The notes under the pieces: model-generated | The model's database searches: none | Told to the model about the DNA's origin: nothing | The model's input: only the letters and a program-made list of their open reading frames with translations | In this document: positions 1-10,237 of the stretch, one piece after another | Layout: each line of letters starts with the position of its first letter | Numbering within the stretch: position 1 is the stretch's first letter | Translations under genes and position numbers: made by a program | Sequence record: DRR723986_585 | Direction: 5' to 3' (one strand) | Length of the DNA: 64,000 bases

Positions 1-2
1 TG

Positions 3-3000
3 AATAGAAACATTCGAAGGGATTTCTTCAAAGACATACATAGGATCAATGGTGATATTCACCTTTGTTTTGTATTGGTCAATAGCTTCGTATAACCAAT
101 AGTTTAACGGATGATTTCTTTCATCTGATGGAAATTGATCAATTGAGAATATCTTTTCAAAAAACGGAATAGAAAATGTTTGTAGAGAACCAATTGACTT
201 TAATTCATCCTCTAAGGTCATGTCTACCTCAATAGCGAAGTCATTTGTGAATCCGTCTAGGTTTTTAAGCTCATAATTCTTCACTTTAATATCACTTTCA
301 AAATATCCACTGCAGTAATCATCTACAGATTCTTTAGTTTCAACTTTAGACAGGTCAGCAAAATGCCAACGGTAGTCTGAAACTGTTTGTCCTTGAAGGT
401 TTACATTTGTTGACAATGCCATTTCTTCATCCGTAATTTTCACTTTAACAGTTCTGTCAATTACGTTTTCATGTAATCTCAATAAAGGGATGTGAATTAA
501 GTCTTTTCCTACTTTTGAATCTTCAGAATTTGGAATCACTAAAGCTTGAGCGTTGTATAAATAGTCCGGTTGAGTTCCAAACGGAAGCTTACTATCTGTT
601 AGCTCTTGATACAATGTATCCCCATCCATTTCAATTCTAATGATACAGTGATTGAAATTGACAGAAGGAATTTTCATGGTGTTTTCACCATTCTCTCTAG
701 TATTTACCAAAACCAAATTAGTTTTTAAATCTGCTTTCTGCGCTAAGGTGTAGAATAAAGTTGATAAATCCTTACAGTCTCCCAGTTTAGTACTGATAGT
801 TACCATTGGTTTTTGAGGCACGAAATTACTTTGTCTGAACGATACCGAACTATAGTTGATATTGTCGCACAAGTAAGCGTAAATGCTTTCGGCTTTTTCT
901 CTATCTGTTAAATTCTCTTTACCAGAAAATATTTCGTTGTACACCTTGTTCAAATTATAATCTTCTCTTGCCATAGGCATTGCTAAGTCTGCATACCAAT
1001 CAGAAATGGTCTCCCAAGATTCCATAGTAGTAATGAATAGGGTCTGCCCTATTTCACTCATTTCAGGCATGAAATTCTCTTCCTTTGTTTTTGGAATAAA
1101 CTTATGTCTGTACTCCGTACAATTGAATTCTTCAAACTCAAACTCTTTCTTCTTAGCAGAAGCGTCTAAGTTTTGTTCATTGATTTGAACTCTATAACTT
1201 TTAGGCGTGTAAATTCTGAACAATGAATTATGCGTTGGCACAAAATGAGAGAAGTTGTGTACTTCAGTCATTTCTTTTGCCAATTTACCCCCAGTGTAAA
1301 CATCTTTTCTGAACTCAAGATAAATAATATCACCTACTTCTAGTGTAGGGAATACGATCTGATTATAATTTCGTTCACCTTCTAATTTTTGCCCATTAGA
1401 TTTGTTTATTTCACCTTTAAAGATCACCAAATTGTCAGAGTAGTAATTGGTTGGAATCGAGATTTCTTTCCAAGCTTCAATTCCAGATTTGTTTAAGATT
1501 CTGATCCCCATACTCGTAAACTCGACTCCAGCACCTTCTTCAAATCTAACCATACTGTGCTCATAAAACACATAGTCGTATTGTTCGTCACCCTCATATT
1601 CTTCTTTAAAGCTATCTTCAATAATATCGTACGCATCTTTGTTCTCAAGAATCGTAGTCCAAGAATCTTTCTCCTTTAACATTCTAAGTTTTTCTCTCGA
1701 CTCAAATGAATTAGGGTTGTATTGAACAGCTAATCTGAAGTTTTCCATTGCCGCATCTACATCACCCAAAGCCAATAAAATGTAAGCTTTATTCCCGTAA
1801 TAACCAGAGTTAAAAGGAGCTATAGAAATCATTTTATTAATAATCCGTAGAGCCTCATTATAATTCTCTAAGTTGTACTCTAGTAAAAGTAAGCTGTTCA
1901 AATATTCAACTTCATCTGGGAAGTAGTCGATTGATTCTTGAATCATTTTCTTGGCCTTTTCTTTTTCACCAATTTCCTGATACTCCTTTATCATTAGATT
2001 CCTTATTTCATAACTATAAATTTTCTTGTTGTATTTTTTCAAATAAGGCAATGCTTTTACAATGGACTGTGATTTGTTTTTCTCTACTAAATATTTGAGT
2101 TCCAAAAATTTGATTTCATTCGGGTACAAGTCATAAGCCTCTTCTATAACCGTAAATAGTTCTTGATACTCTTTTAAAATTGAGTGCATTTCTATTTGAT
2201 AATTTAGATATTCAGCACTTCTTTCGCCTAAATCATCTTTGAAGCCCACCATTAATTCTGCCGCCTGATCATAGTTTTCATTGTCTTTAGCAACGGAGAA
2301 ATCATAAAGTTTCAAAAACAATAAATCCGGATTTATTTTTCTAAGATATTCCAGCTGCAGCATAAGCGCAGTTCTATCATCTATTTTAATGTAATTTTCA
2401 AGTAACTCAACGTTTAACAGCACATTTTCTTCATCAAGTTTTAATCCTAATTCAAGAATTTCAATGGCTAGATTGGTTTTTCGAGCTCTCGAATAGCAAC
2501 GAGCTAACATGATGTAGTCAACAATATTAGAAGAGTCTTTAGCGATTTTGTCTTGAAAATAGGTTTCAGCAAAATGAGGGATTTCCTTTACTTTAACTAC
2601 TGATTCAGGAGAATTGTAAGCTGAATGAACTGGATTAACAACAAGGTCTTCTAATGGTTTTGAAGTTTTAGGGTCTAAAATTCTTAAAAGGAAATTCTGA
2701 TAATTAGATTTTTGCGTGTGACTTAATTGAATTAAGATTCGGTTATTTCCTTTTGGAAGTTTAACAACCGCATTGTAATAGTCTAATTCAGTTCTATATT
2801 CTTCGGGTTCAGCAATGATGAGTTTGTCATTTACCCAAAGTTTAATAGCTCCTTCTCCACCTAAGGCTAACTGTACTTCTCTTTCAACCGGGTTTTCAAT
2901 AAATGTTTGTGCGAATGTAACCCCCTGATTAGTAGACAAATTATTAATGAAGGTAATCCATGGGTCGTCATCTCTTTCACCAGGAACAAACCATTTGATT

Positions 3001-3590
3001 TCAGCGTTTCTTTTTGAATAGAAAAATGCTGTTGGTTCTGGTTGTGAAATAGGATCATGTGCTTTGTCATATCCCGAACCTGAAGTATTGTCAAAAACAC
3101 CGGTGTATTGCCAATTTGTAATGGCACCCATTTTTTGATAGTATTCTGATTTCTTTTTTAGATCATGGGTAAGTACATAATGCTTTGCAAGTGCATAATA
3201 TAGGCTGGCTCTAACACTTTCATTGGTATTAGGATCTTCGATTAATTGATCTAGATAAGCCATTCTGCTTTTACTATTCACTCGAATTCCGTCAGCAACT
3301 GCAGAAGTATAGTAAAACGCAAATAAATATGGCGAAACATCCTTGGTGTTATTGATGATGTCAACCATTCTAAACCTACTTTTTTCTTCTTTACCGGTAA
3401 GTTCATTCAATAGAATAGATACGCATGAAGCGTCAACTACGGTATTTGGAGAAGTCTGAAGATTTGTTAATTCTATTTGAGCGTCTGTATAATTGTTTTC
3501 ACTAATTAACTTCCAAACCTTATCCATTTGAGAAAATGATAAAGTTGTAAAAAGGGTCAAAAAGAATGAGGCGAAAAATCCTATTTTCAT
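3..3590 (-). CDS. Exported TPR-repeat + DUF3857/transglutaminase-like protein, truncated by window edge (absent from ORF track)
   Basis: ATG at 3590 gives signal peptide MKIGFFASFFLTLFTTLSFSQ. The same frame reads KLGDCKDLS (around 761-788) and NFNHCII...YQELTDSKLPFG (around 575-659), with TPR-like helices centrally, and runs off the left edge. Confidence 0.85.
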   Translation of the reverse strand, partial: MKIGFFASFFLTLFTTLSFSQMDKVWKLISENNYTDAQIELTNLQTSPNTVVDASCVSILLNELTGKEEKSRFRMVDIINNTKDVSPYLFAFYYTSAVADGIRVNSKSRMAYLDQLIEDPNTNESVRASLYYALAKHYVLTHDLKKKSEYYQKMGAITNWQYTGVFDNTSGSGYDKAHDPISQPEPTAFFYSKRNAEIKWFVPGERDDDPWITFINNLSTNQGVTFAQTFIENPVEREVQLALGGEGAIKLWVNDKLIIAEPEEYRTELDYYNAVVKLPKGNNRILIQLSHTQKSNYQNFLLRILDPKTSKPLEDLVVNPVHSAYNSPESVVKVKEIPHFAETYFQDKIAKDSSNIVDYIMLARCYSRARKTNLAIEILELGLKLDEENVLLNVELLENYIKIDDRTALMLQLEYLRKINPDLLFLKLYDFSVAKDNENYDQAAELMVGFKDDLGERSAEYLNYQIEMHSILKEYQELFTVIEEAYDLYPNEIKFLELKYLVEKNKSQSIVKALPYLKKYNKKIYSYEIRNLMIKEYQEIGEKEKAKKMIQESIDYFPDEVEYLNSLLLLEYNLENYNEALRIINKMISIAPFNSGYYGNKAYILLALGDVDAAMENFRLAVQYNPNSFESREKLRMLKEKDSWTTILENKDAYDIIEDSFKEEYEGDEQYDYVFYEHSMVRFEEGAGVEFTSMGIRILNKSGIEAWKEISIPTNYYSDNLVIFKGEINKSNGQKLEGERNYNQIVFPTLEVGDIIYLEFRKDVYTGGKLAKEMTEVHNFSHFVPTHNSLFRIYTPKSYRVQINEQNLDASAKKKEFEFEEFNCTEYRHKFIPKTKEENFMPEMSEIGQTLFITTMESWETISDWYADLAMPMAREDYNLNKVYNEIFSGKENLTDREKAESIYAYLCDNINYSSVSFRQSNFVPQKPMVTISTKLGDCKDLSTLFYTLAQKADLKTNLVLVNTRENGENTMKIPSVNFNHCIIRIEMDGDTLYQELTDSKLPFGTQPDYLYNAQALVIPNSEDSKVGKDLIHIPLLRLHENVIDRTVKVKITDEEMALSTNVNLQGQTVSDYRWHFADLSKVETKESVDDYCSGYFESDIKVKNYELKNLDGFTNDFAIEVDMTLEDELKSIGSLQTFSIPFFEKIFSIDQFPSDERNHPLNYWLYEAIDQYKTKVNITIDPMYVFEEIPSNVSI

Positions 3591-3651
3591 AAGTTGGGTT
3601 TAATTTATTCCAACAAAATTATAAAAAAATCGATTTAGACTAACATTTTCG

Positions 3652-5931
3652 TTAAAGTTTAGCTATGGCCCTATCTAAAGAAACCAAGTATTCCTTGAGC
3701 ATTTCTACAATTGGAATGAGTTCTTCTGAATATTTGTCACCTGTAATCTTTTTAAGAGACTTTAAGGTCTGATTGACAATCTGCTTCGCTTCACCGTAGT
3801 TTTTTGCGTCACAGTTATCTGCTATCACTTTGAGGGCTTGATTGATTACAGCAACCGAATAGGTTTGTTTAAGCTTGTTGTCAGCAATGAGTTCTGCGTC
3901 CGTTTCATCCGTCCATTCAAGATGTGTCTTTTTAAGGATAGTGACTTCTTGTTGCTTGATTTGATCAAAATAATTGACTTCTATTTCAATTTCATTTTTT
4001 GCAATGTCTCTTGTAGGATTGTCAATTTTGAATTTGAGTAGCGCCATTTTATTCAACGAACTGTAGACTTTGTCTAATTTGAAAATCACTTTACCATCTG
4101 AATTTTTAAATTCCGGAACACCATACAACGTTTTATATATCAGTCGATTATTGTATCTTACTTGAACCGTTAAATCAGGAGCTAAAGGATACAATAGACT
4201 TTCAAATTCTTTATCTAGAGCTGTTGTAATTCCTTCAGATTGAATGACCTGATGTTCTAATCCGCCACTGTATTTACTAATAAGAGATAGCAAAGATTGA
4301 TTATAGCCATTCCCCACTCCAATGGTTGATACAGCAATTCCTTGTTTAAAATATGCTGCTGATTGTTCAAGAATAAAATCTACGGGTTTTGAACCGTATC
4401 CATCTGTTAGGAGGATAACGCGGTCAACAGAATTGCTGAGCTTATTTTTAGCAACTTGCTCATAACCTAACTTTAGTCCTTCATAGATATTGGTTCCTCC
4501 ACTCGCTTGAAGAGCGATAATAATGTCCTCTAAGTGATTATTGTCAATACCAGCTTTATCATAAGCCAATACGGGTTCATCATCAAAAAACACAATTGAA
4601 ATTCGATCTGTAGGACGCAATTTTTTAATAAAATCCGTCATGGCAGATTTCAAGAAATCCATCTTCTCTCCAGACATAGATCCGCTTTTATCCAGAACGA
4701 ATGCAATATTCAAAGGTGTTTTAACTACATTTTTAGTTGGAGGCTCTTTTGTAGAGAATCCAAGCTCTAAGAGCGCTTCTTTTGATCCAGAATTGATCTT
4801 GTTATTCCCCCACTTAACATGAACATTCACCAAATTATCATCATCTGTATCTGCGTATATTTTTGAATTATAATTATTAATGTCGTAAGAATTTACGTCC
4901 TCTTTGCTTGGTAGATAACGTTCAGGATATTGAAGTCTTGGATCAGGTTCATAATAAATACCTTGCGTCATCTGTCCTATTCCAAAAAATCTTGATAAAT
5001 CAATTGCTCCAGCAACATCCTGGTAATCAAAACTTACGGTGTAGGTTTGCTTTTTAGGTAGCAGAAATGCAATTTCACCATTAGCGTTAGTTTTACCCTT
5101 GTATTTCTTATTGCTATAATCTGTGTGGATATAGATGCTCTCGTTAGCCCCATCTTTGTCTCCACCTCTAACTTTCAGGGTTACCATGACCCTATTAGAA
5201 ATTGGTCGAGGCTCATCAATGAATAACTGATGGATGTACCCATCTTTTTGAACTTCTTCTTTAAAATTGATCTTCTCGTAAGTTAAGGTTATTCTTCTCC
5301 TGTAAGGTTTCGAGCCCGCATCATGATATTCAAAATTATCTTCTCCATCAAGGTCTATTTGGTAGGATTCGTTTAAAGGAATTTGAAATCTAGCTATCCC
5401 CTGTTCATCTGTATAAGCACTGTACGAAGTGTTTAAAGCGAAACAAGTCATTTTTACAGGTAATCCTTTGTAAGGTCTTCCTTTTTCTGATTCAACAGCA
5501 ATTTCCATGATTTCATGGGTTTTTGACGGCATAGCATTGTAATGAATTCGCTGAGGAATATCTTCCAGGTTCAATTTTGAGCGATCAACAGCTTTTTGAT
5601 TCAGCCGGTTCCAGCGAGCAACATCATAAGAAATAAGGGCCTGACCTTTTCCTGAACCGTTTTGAGGAACCCGTAGAATGGTATGACCTTTCATGTCTCC
5701 CACATTCATCATCCATTCATTCCCTTCAGATAAAACAATGGTCAACTGACCAGCAGCATTAGTTTTAAGGGCTTTACGTTCAAATGTGGTCGTTTCTACT
5801 AAAGTAATGGGCAAATTGGCTTTGGGTCTTGAACCTGGTTCATGTACTGTTATAGAGTATGTGAACGTTCCTTGAGAATAAGTTTGAGTGAATAGTAAGC
5901 ATGTAAAAACAATCAGTAATAATCTGTTCAT
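3652..5931 (-). CDS. Exported von Willebrand factor A (YfbK-like) domain protein
   Basis: Signal peptide; MIDAS DKSGS...GGT...LLTDG; three N-terminal beta-sandwich modules (KTNAAGQ, TDEQGIARF, KTNANGEIAF). Confidence 0.88.
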   Translation of the reverse strand: MNRLLLIVFTCLLFTQTYSQGTFTYSITVHEPGSRPKANLPITLVETTTFERKALKTNAAGQLTIVLSEGNEWMMNVGDMKGHTILRVPQNGSGKGQALISYDVARWNRLNQKAVDRSKLNLEDIPQRIHYNAMPSKTHEIMEIAVESEKGRPYKGLPVKMTCFALNTSYSAYTDEQGIARFQIPLNESYQIDLDGEDNFEYHDAGSKPYRRRITLTYEKINFKEEVQKDGYIHQLFIDEPRPISNRVMVTLKVRGGDKDGANESIYIHTDYSNKKYKGKTNANGEIAFLLPKKQTYTVSFDYQDVAGAIDLSRFFGIGQMTQGIYYEPDPRLQYPERYLPSKEDVNSYDINNYNSKIYADTDDDNLVNVHVKWGNNKINSGSKEALLELGFSTKEPPTKNVVKTPLNIAFVLDKSGSMSGEKMDFLKSAMTDFIKKLRPTDRISIVFFDDEPVLAYDKAGIDNNHLEDIIIALQASGGTNIYEGLKLGYEQVAKNKLSNSVDRVILLTDGYGSKPVDFILEQSAAYFKQGIAVSTIGVGNGYNQSLLSLISKYSGGLEHQVIQSEGITTALDKEFESLLYPLAPDLTVQVRYNNRLIYKTLYGVPEFKNSDGKVIFKLDKVYSSLNKMALLKFKIDNPTRDIAKNEIEIEVNYFDQIKQQEVTILKKTHLEWTDETDAELIADNKLKQTYSVAVINQALKVIADNCDAKNYGEAKQIVNQTLKSLKKITGDKYSEELIPIVEMLKEYLVSLDRAIAKL

Positions 5932-6041
5932 AGAAATAGGTTTTAATTGGTTGGTTAACTGAAGATTTATTGAAATCTATCTATGTAATGTTGAGATTAT
6001 GAAATAGTTACAAAACATCAAGTTTCAATTGTAACATTTAG

Positions 6042-6049
6042 TATATTTG
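6042..6049 (+). promoter_or_regulatory. Bacteroidota sigma70 -7 element (TATATTTG)
   Basis: Matches TAnnTTTG, 5 nt upstream of ATG 6055. Confidence 0.5.
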
Positions 6050-6054
6050 ATTGT

Positions 6055-8052
6055 ATGAGGAATCTATTATTAATCTTTTTGTGGCTGACGTCAAGCTTAG
6101 GGTTTAGCCAAAATCAATTAGAAGATTCACTTCAGCAAAAAATTAATCAAATTGACAATGCAGAGGAGCGTGTACGAGAAATAATTCTTGATGGATGGGT
6201 TGTTCTTAGAGAGGATCCTGCAAAATGCTTGTATTATGTTGAGTTCGCAGAAAAAGATGTGGATGAGATAGAATCTGTTTTTCTTTTAGATAGCATTTAT
6301 CGCTTAAAAGCCCATTGTTATGGAGATTTAAACATTCGGTCAAAAACACTGCAATCACATCTTAAAAGAATTGAAGTCCTAACAAAAATTGATAGTTCAA
6401 CGAAAAGTTTGGCTTCTGCATATTTTGAAGCAGCGCATGTTTTAAAGAGTCAAGGAAATGACAGTTTGGCCATCCCTTATTTTGAGAAATGCTTAGAAGA
6501 ATCAATTAAGACCGATTATGACACACAACGCGGACAAGTTTTAATGGACTTAGCGGATTATGATTTTCAGGCAGGAAATGCGGAACTGGCCATTGATCGC
6601 TTGGAAGAGGCTTCAGAAATATTTGAGCCTATAGAGCGACTATCTTTTATTGTTGGAGTAATCAAAGCGAGATTGGCGATTATTTTTACTAATCTGGGAA
6701 ATCGCGAACTGGCTCTTAAATATGTTGAAGAAGCATTACTCTTACCTGATACTTCTATTGCTCAATTTGTTGATTACTCTGCCGAAACCTATGCTTTAGC
6801 TGGACAAGTATATTTCAAAAATGGGATGTCACGAAAAGCGATAGCAGAATATGTAATTGCAAAAGGATTATACGAGCGGAATAATAAATTTTTCTATTTA
6901 CCAGGTATTTACAGAGATTTATCTATTGCTTACAAAGATATTAACCTTGATTCAGCATACACTTATTTGGAATGGTATGTGATTACAAACGATTCAGTTC
7001 TGAATCAAAAAAACAATGAGGCTATAGCTCAGTTGCGTTTCGAATTTGATGACGTCCAAAAGCAACAAGCCATTCAGTTTCTTGAAGATGAAAAAGCTAT
7101 TATTGAAGAGAATAGAGCGCTTTTAGAGTCAGATAACAATCGAAAATCTTTTCAAATCAAGTTAATCGTTGGCGCATTGGTAATTGTAGGGATACTTTTA
7201 TTCGTTGCCATTTATTTCTTCGTGTTATTAAGAAAAAAGAATCGTTTGGTTTCGGAGCAAAAGCAAATAGTTGAAGAGCACAATAAAGAGATCAATGATA
7301 GCATTGCGTATGCTGAAAGAATTCAAAGAGCTGTTGTCCCGGAACAGAATAGATTTCAGGAATTGTTTGGTGAATCATTTGTTTTGTATCTTCCAAAGGA
7401 CGTACTAAGCGGTGATTTTTATTGGGGATATAATGTCACAACCAATGACGGAGTTAAATTGAGACTGTTTGCCGTTGGCGATTGCACAGGACACGGAGTA
7501 CCAGGAGCACTATTGAGTATTTTAGGTGTGAATTATCTTAATTTAGGCTCAGTCTCTGAGAACATAAACAGCACGGGTGAGGCTTTAGATTATTTGAATC
7601 AAGGGATTATTTACACTTTTCAAAACAGCTCAGAGACGATAAGAGACGGAATGGACATTGTTATTGGTGCTATTAACCCCGTCAGCCTAGAAATGTATTA
7701 TTCTTGTGCGAAAAATAGTATTTACATTGTAAGAAATAAAGAGATTATTACGCTAAAAGGAGATTCAAAGGCTATTGGAAATGATGCTTTTGAAGATGAT
7801 TTTAAATTTTCTACCCAAACATTTCAGCTTCAAAAAAATGATATGATTTTCTCTTTGTCAGATGGATTTCAAGATCAATTCGGGGGTCCGAAAGGCAAGA
7901 AGTTTAAAATTAAAGCGCTAAAAGCTCTATTCATAAAAAACTCTGAAGAATCTGTCGCTCGCCAGCATGAGTTATTGAAAGAAGCTTTAGATGATTGGAT
8001 GAAAGGCTATGATCAAATTGATGACATTACCATCATGGGAATAAGAGTTTAA
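6055..8052 (+). CDS. Periplasmic TPR sensor, one TM helix, SpoIIE/RsbU-type PP2C phosphatase
   Basis: Signal peptide, TPR helices, TM LIVGALVIVGILLFVAIYFFVLL, then LSGDFY, GDCTGHGVPGA, DGMD, SDG, DDIT. Confidence 0.9.
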   Translation: MRNLLLIFLWLTSSLGFSQNQLEDSLQQKINQIDNAEERVREIILDGWVVLREDPAKCLYYVEFAEKDVDEIESVFLLDSIYRLKAHCYGDLNIRSKTLQSHLKRIEVLTKIDSSTKSLASAYFEAAHVLKSQGNDSLAIPYFEKCLEESIKTDYDTQRGQVLMDLADYDFQAGNAELAIDRLEEASEIFEPIERLSFIVGVIKARLAIIFTNLGNRELALKYVEEALLLPDTSIAQFVDYSAETYALAGQVYFKNGMSRKAIAEYVIAKGLYERNNKFFYLPGIYRDLSIAYKDINLDSAYTYLEWYVITNDSVLNQKNNEAIAQLRFEFDDVQKQQAIQFLEDEKAIIEENRALLESDNNRKSFQIKLIVGALVIVGILLFVAIYFFVLLRKKNRLVSEQKQIVEEHNKEINDSIAYAERIQRAVVPEQNRFQELFGESFVLYLPKDVLSGDFYWGYNVTTNDGVKLRLFAVGDCTGHGVPGALLSILGVNYLNLGSVSENINSTGEALDYLNQGIIYTFQNSSETIRDGMDIVIGAINPVSLEMYYSCAKNSIYIVRNKEIITLKGDSKAIGNDAFEDDFKFSTQTFQLQKNDMIFSLSDGFQDQFGGPKGKKFKIKALKALFIKNSEESVARQHELLKEALDDWMKGYDQIDDITIMGIRV

Positions 8053-8082
8053 AAAAAAGGGAAGCCTTTTGAGCTTCCCTTC
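8051..8082 (-). terminator. Intrinsic terminator between convergent genes
   Basis: aagggaagc-cttttga-gcttccctt hairpin with an A-run on its left (U-tract on minus strand). Confidence 0.75.
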
Positions 8083-8102
8083 GAATATTAAATTCTTATT
8101 TA

Positions 8103-8642
8103 CTATTCTTCTTCTCCCGATTTATCCTCAGAAGCTTCTTTATCTTCAGTGATTTCTTCAATTACATCATTTAAACCGTAGGCAGTAATCTTCTTAACTT
8201 TTACGGCAGCCATTCCTTTTTGTCCTGGCTCTAATTCGTAACTTACTTTATCACCTTCGTCAATTGGATCTTTACAATTGTTGATATGAACGAAATAAGA
8301 GTCTTGTGAATCTTTGTCTTTAATAAATCCGTAGCCTTTATCATTGTTAAAGAAAGTCACTTTTCCTTCGTGGATAAGATCTTTCTCATCTACATCTTCT
8401 TTCTTATACCCTAACTGAATGTTTTCAGCTTTGATTTCTTTTCTTTTCTTAGTCGGATCTGGCGGAGTATCAGTGATTATTCCATTCTCATCTACGTAAG
8501 CCATCATTGAATCAAGACCGTTTCCGCCCCCGTTCTCTGCCGCTTCTTTTCTAGCTAATTTTCTAGCCTCCTTCTCTTTCTTTTTCTGTTGTTTTTTCTT
8601 CTCTTTTTCTTTCTTTCCGAAAGTTTCACTTGATCTTGCCAT
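8103..8642 (-). CDS. Cold-shock domain protein (Bacteroidota type, Lys-rich N-terminus)
   Basis: GKVTFFNNDKGYGFI and YFVH (RNP1/RNP2); acidic C-terminal tail. Confidence 0.9.
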   Translation of the reverse strand: MARSSETFGKKEKEKKKQQKKKEKEARKLARKEAAENGGGNGLDSMMAYVDENGIITDTPPDPTKKRKEIKAENIQLGYKKEDVDEKDLIHEGKVTFFNNDKGYGFIKDKDSQDSYFVHINNCKDPIDEGDKVSYELEPGQKGMAAVKVKKITAYGLNDVIEEITEDKEASEDKSGEEE

Positions 8643-8719
8643 GTATTGATATTCCTTAAATGTCCTTTATTTATTTGTTGTGCGGACCCTGCAAAATTAC
8701 TAATTGTAAATGTTTTAAC

Positions 8720-10078
8720 CTATTTTTTGTTCCGTCTATTGTAATTCTTGTCTCCTTTAGTTTTAGGCTTTTTGTACTTTTTCTTGATTTTACGCTTGTA
8801 AGAACCGCCTAAGTTTTCTTTTTTATTCTTCTCCTTTTTTTCATGAAAACCGGCATCAGGATTAATCTTTTTAATATTTCTATTTGGATCATTTACTCCA
8901 TGTTCAACTGGTCGTTCTTCCGGAATCAGTTCTTTTGAAATCTCTATAGTATCAGGAAGTTCAAGAACGGGGATTTCATAATTCATCAAGGTTTCTACGC
9001 TTTCTTTGAGCTCATTCTCTTTAGAAGTAAACATCAGAATTGATTCTCCTTTCTTTTCAGCTCTACCAGTTCTACCAATACGGTGCATATAGTTTTCTGG
9101 AAAGGTCGGCACATCAAAATTAATGACATGTGAAACATTTTCTATATCAAGGCCTCTGGCCATAACGTCAGTGGCAATAAGAATTCTTTTTTCGCCTTTT
9201 GCAAACTGCTCAACTGATCTAAATCTATAATTCTGAGATTTATTCCCGTGTATGATGGCCATTTCACTTCCGAATCGCTCTTCTAAGTTTTCGTAAAGTC
9301 GATCAGCCATTTTTTTATGTGCAGCAAAAACCAATACTTTTTCAAAACGGTCTTTATCTTTTAATAAATCAGTAATGAGATTTACCTTGGTGTAAAAGTT
9401 TGGAACTTGATAACAGGTTTGAGAGATATTATCTAAAGGTGTTCCACTAACGGCTATAGAAATCTTTTGAGGAGTGATAAATACGTTTTCAATCAATTCA
9501 TCTACTTCTTCAGTCATGGTTGCTGAAAACATGATGTGCTGACGCTTTTCAGGCAAAATCTCAAAAATATTCGTCAACTGCGGTCTGAATCCTAAATCGA
9601 GCATGATATCAACTTCATCAATTACGACTTTTTTAATATCTCTCAATTTCAATGCGTTTGAAAGAGCCAAGTCATACAACCTGCCAGGTGTTGCCACTAG
9701 AATATCACAGCCCTGCATGACAGCCTGCATTTGTGTATTGATATTTGCTCCACCATACACACCGAGCACACGCACAGTCATGTAGGATGCATAGCTTTCT
9801 ATTTTTTCTACCACCTGAGTCACCAACTCCCTCGTTGGCACCATGACGAGTATTCTTGGCGCTACCTGCTTAGAAAATTTCAATTCATTTAGTAAAGGAA
9901 GCATGTAAGCAAAGGTTTTACCTGTTCCAGTTTGTGAAATGCTCACCATGTCTTTCCCAGACATAATCACGCTATAAGACTTAGACTGTACTGGAGTCGG
10001 CTTGTCAAAACCTAAATCAACCAAAGCATTTTTTAATGCTTTACTTAAGTTAAAGTCTTCGAAATTTTCCATTGGCAT
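8720..10078 (-). CDS. DEAD-box RNA helicase
   Basis: Q motif, QTGTGKT, PTREL, TPGRL, DEVD, SAT, ARGLD, HRIGRTGR; basic tail. Confidence 0.95.
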   Translation of the reverse strand: MPMENFEDFNLSKALKNALVDLGFDKPTPVQSKSYSVIMSGKDMVSISQTGTGKTFAYMLPLLNELKFSKQVAPRILVMVPTRELVTQVVEKIESYASYMTVRVLGVYGGANINTQMQAVMQGCDILVATPGRLYDLALSNALKLRDIKKVVIDEVDIMLDLGFRPQLTNIFEILPEKRQHIMFSATMTEEVDELIENVFITPQKISIAVSGTPLDNISQTCYQVPNFYTKVNLITDLLKDKDRFEKVLVFAAHKKMADRLYENLEERFGSEMAIIHGNKSQNYRFRSVEQFAKGEKRILIATDVMARGLDIENVSHVINFDVPTFPENYMHRIGRTGRAEKKGESILMFTSKENELKESVETLMNYEIPVLELPDTIEISKELIPEERPVEHGVNDPNRNIKKINPDAGFHEKKEKNKKENLGGSYKRKIKKKYKKPKTKGDKNYNRRNKK

Positions 10079-10237
10079 AAATTAACAGGGCAAAGGTAAT
10101 GAAACCTTTAGATTACCATTTATCAGTAATATTTGATATTCGAATTAGCTTTCGCCAAATTCTTGAACAGCTTTACTATCTTTATCGAAAGTTTTATTCC
10201 CTTAAAACGACAAAGCATTTTTAAACTAAAAACAAAT

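Noticed and set aside
6007-6035. gttacaa-N15-ttgtaac inverted repeat between the divergent vWA and phosphatase genes
   Set aside because: Could be an operator, but 7-bp AT-rich arms with a long spacer occur by chance and no second copy was seen.
10133-10237. N-terminal extensions in the ORF track (10133, 15543, 30276, 48691, 50621, 53099, 59205)
   Set aside because: Downstream ATGs give clean signal peptides, gene overlaps or sit after -7 elements.
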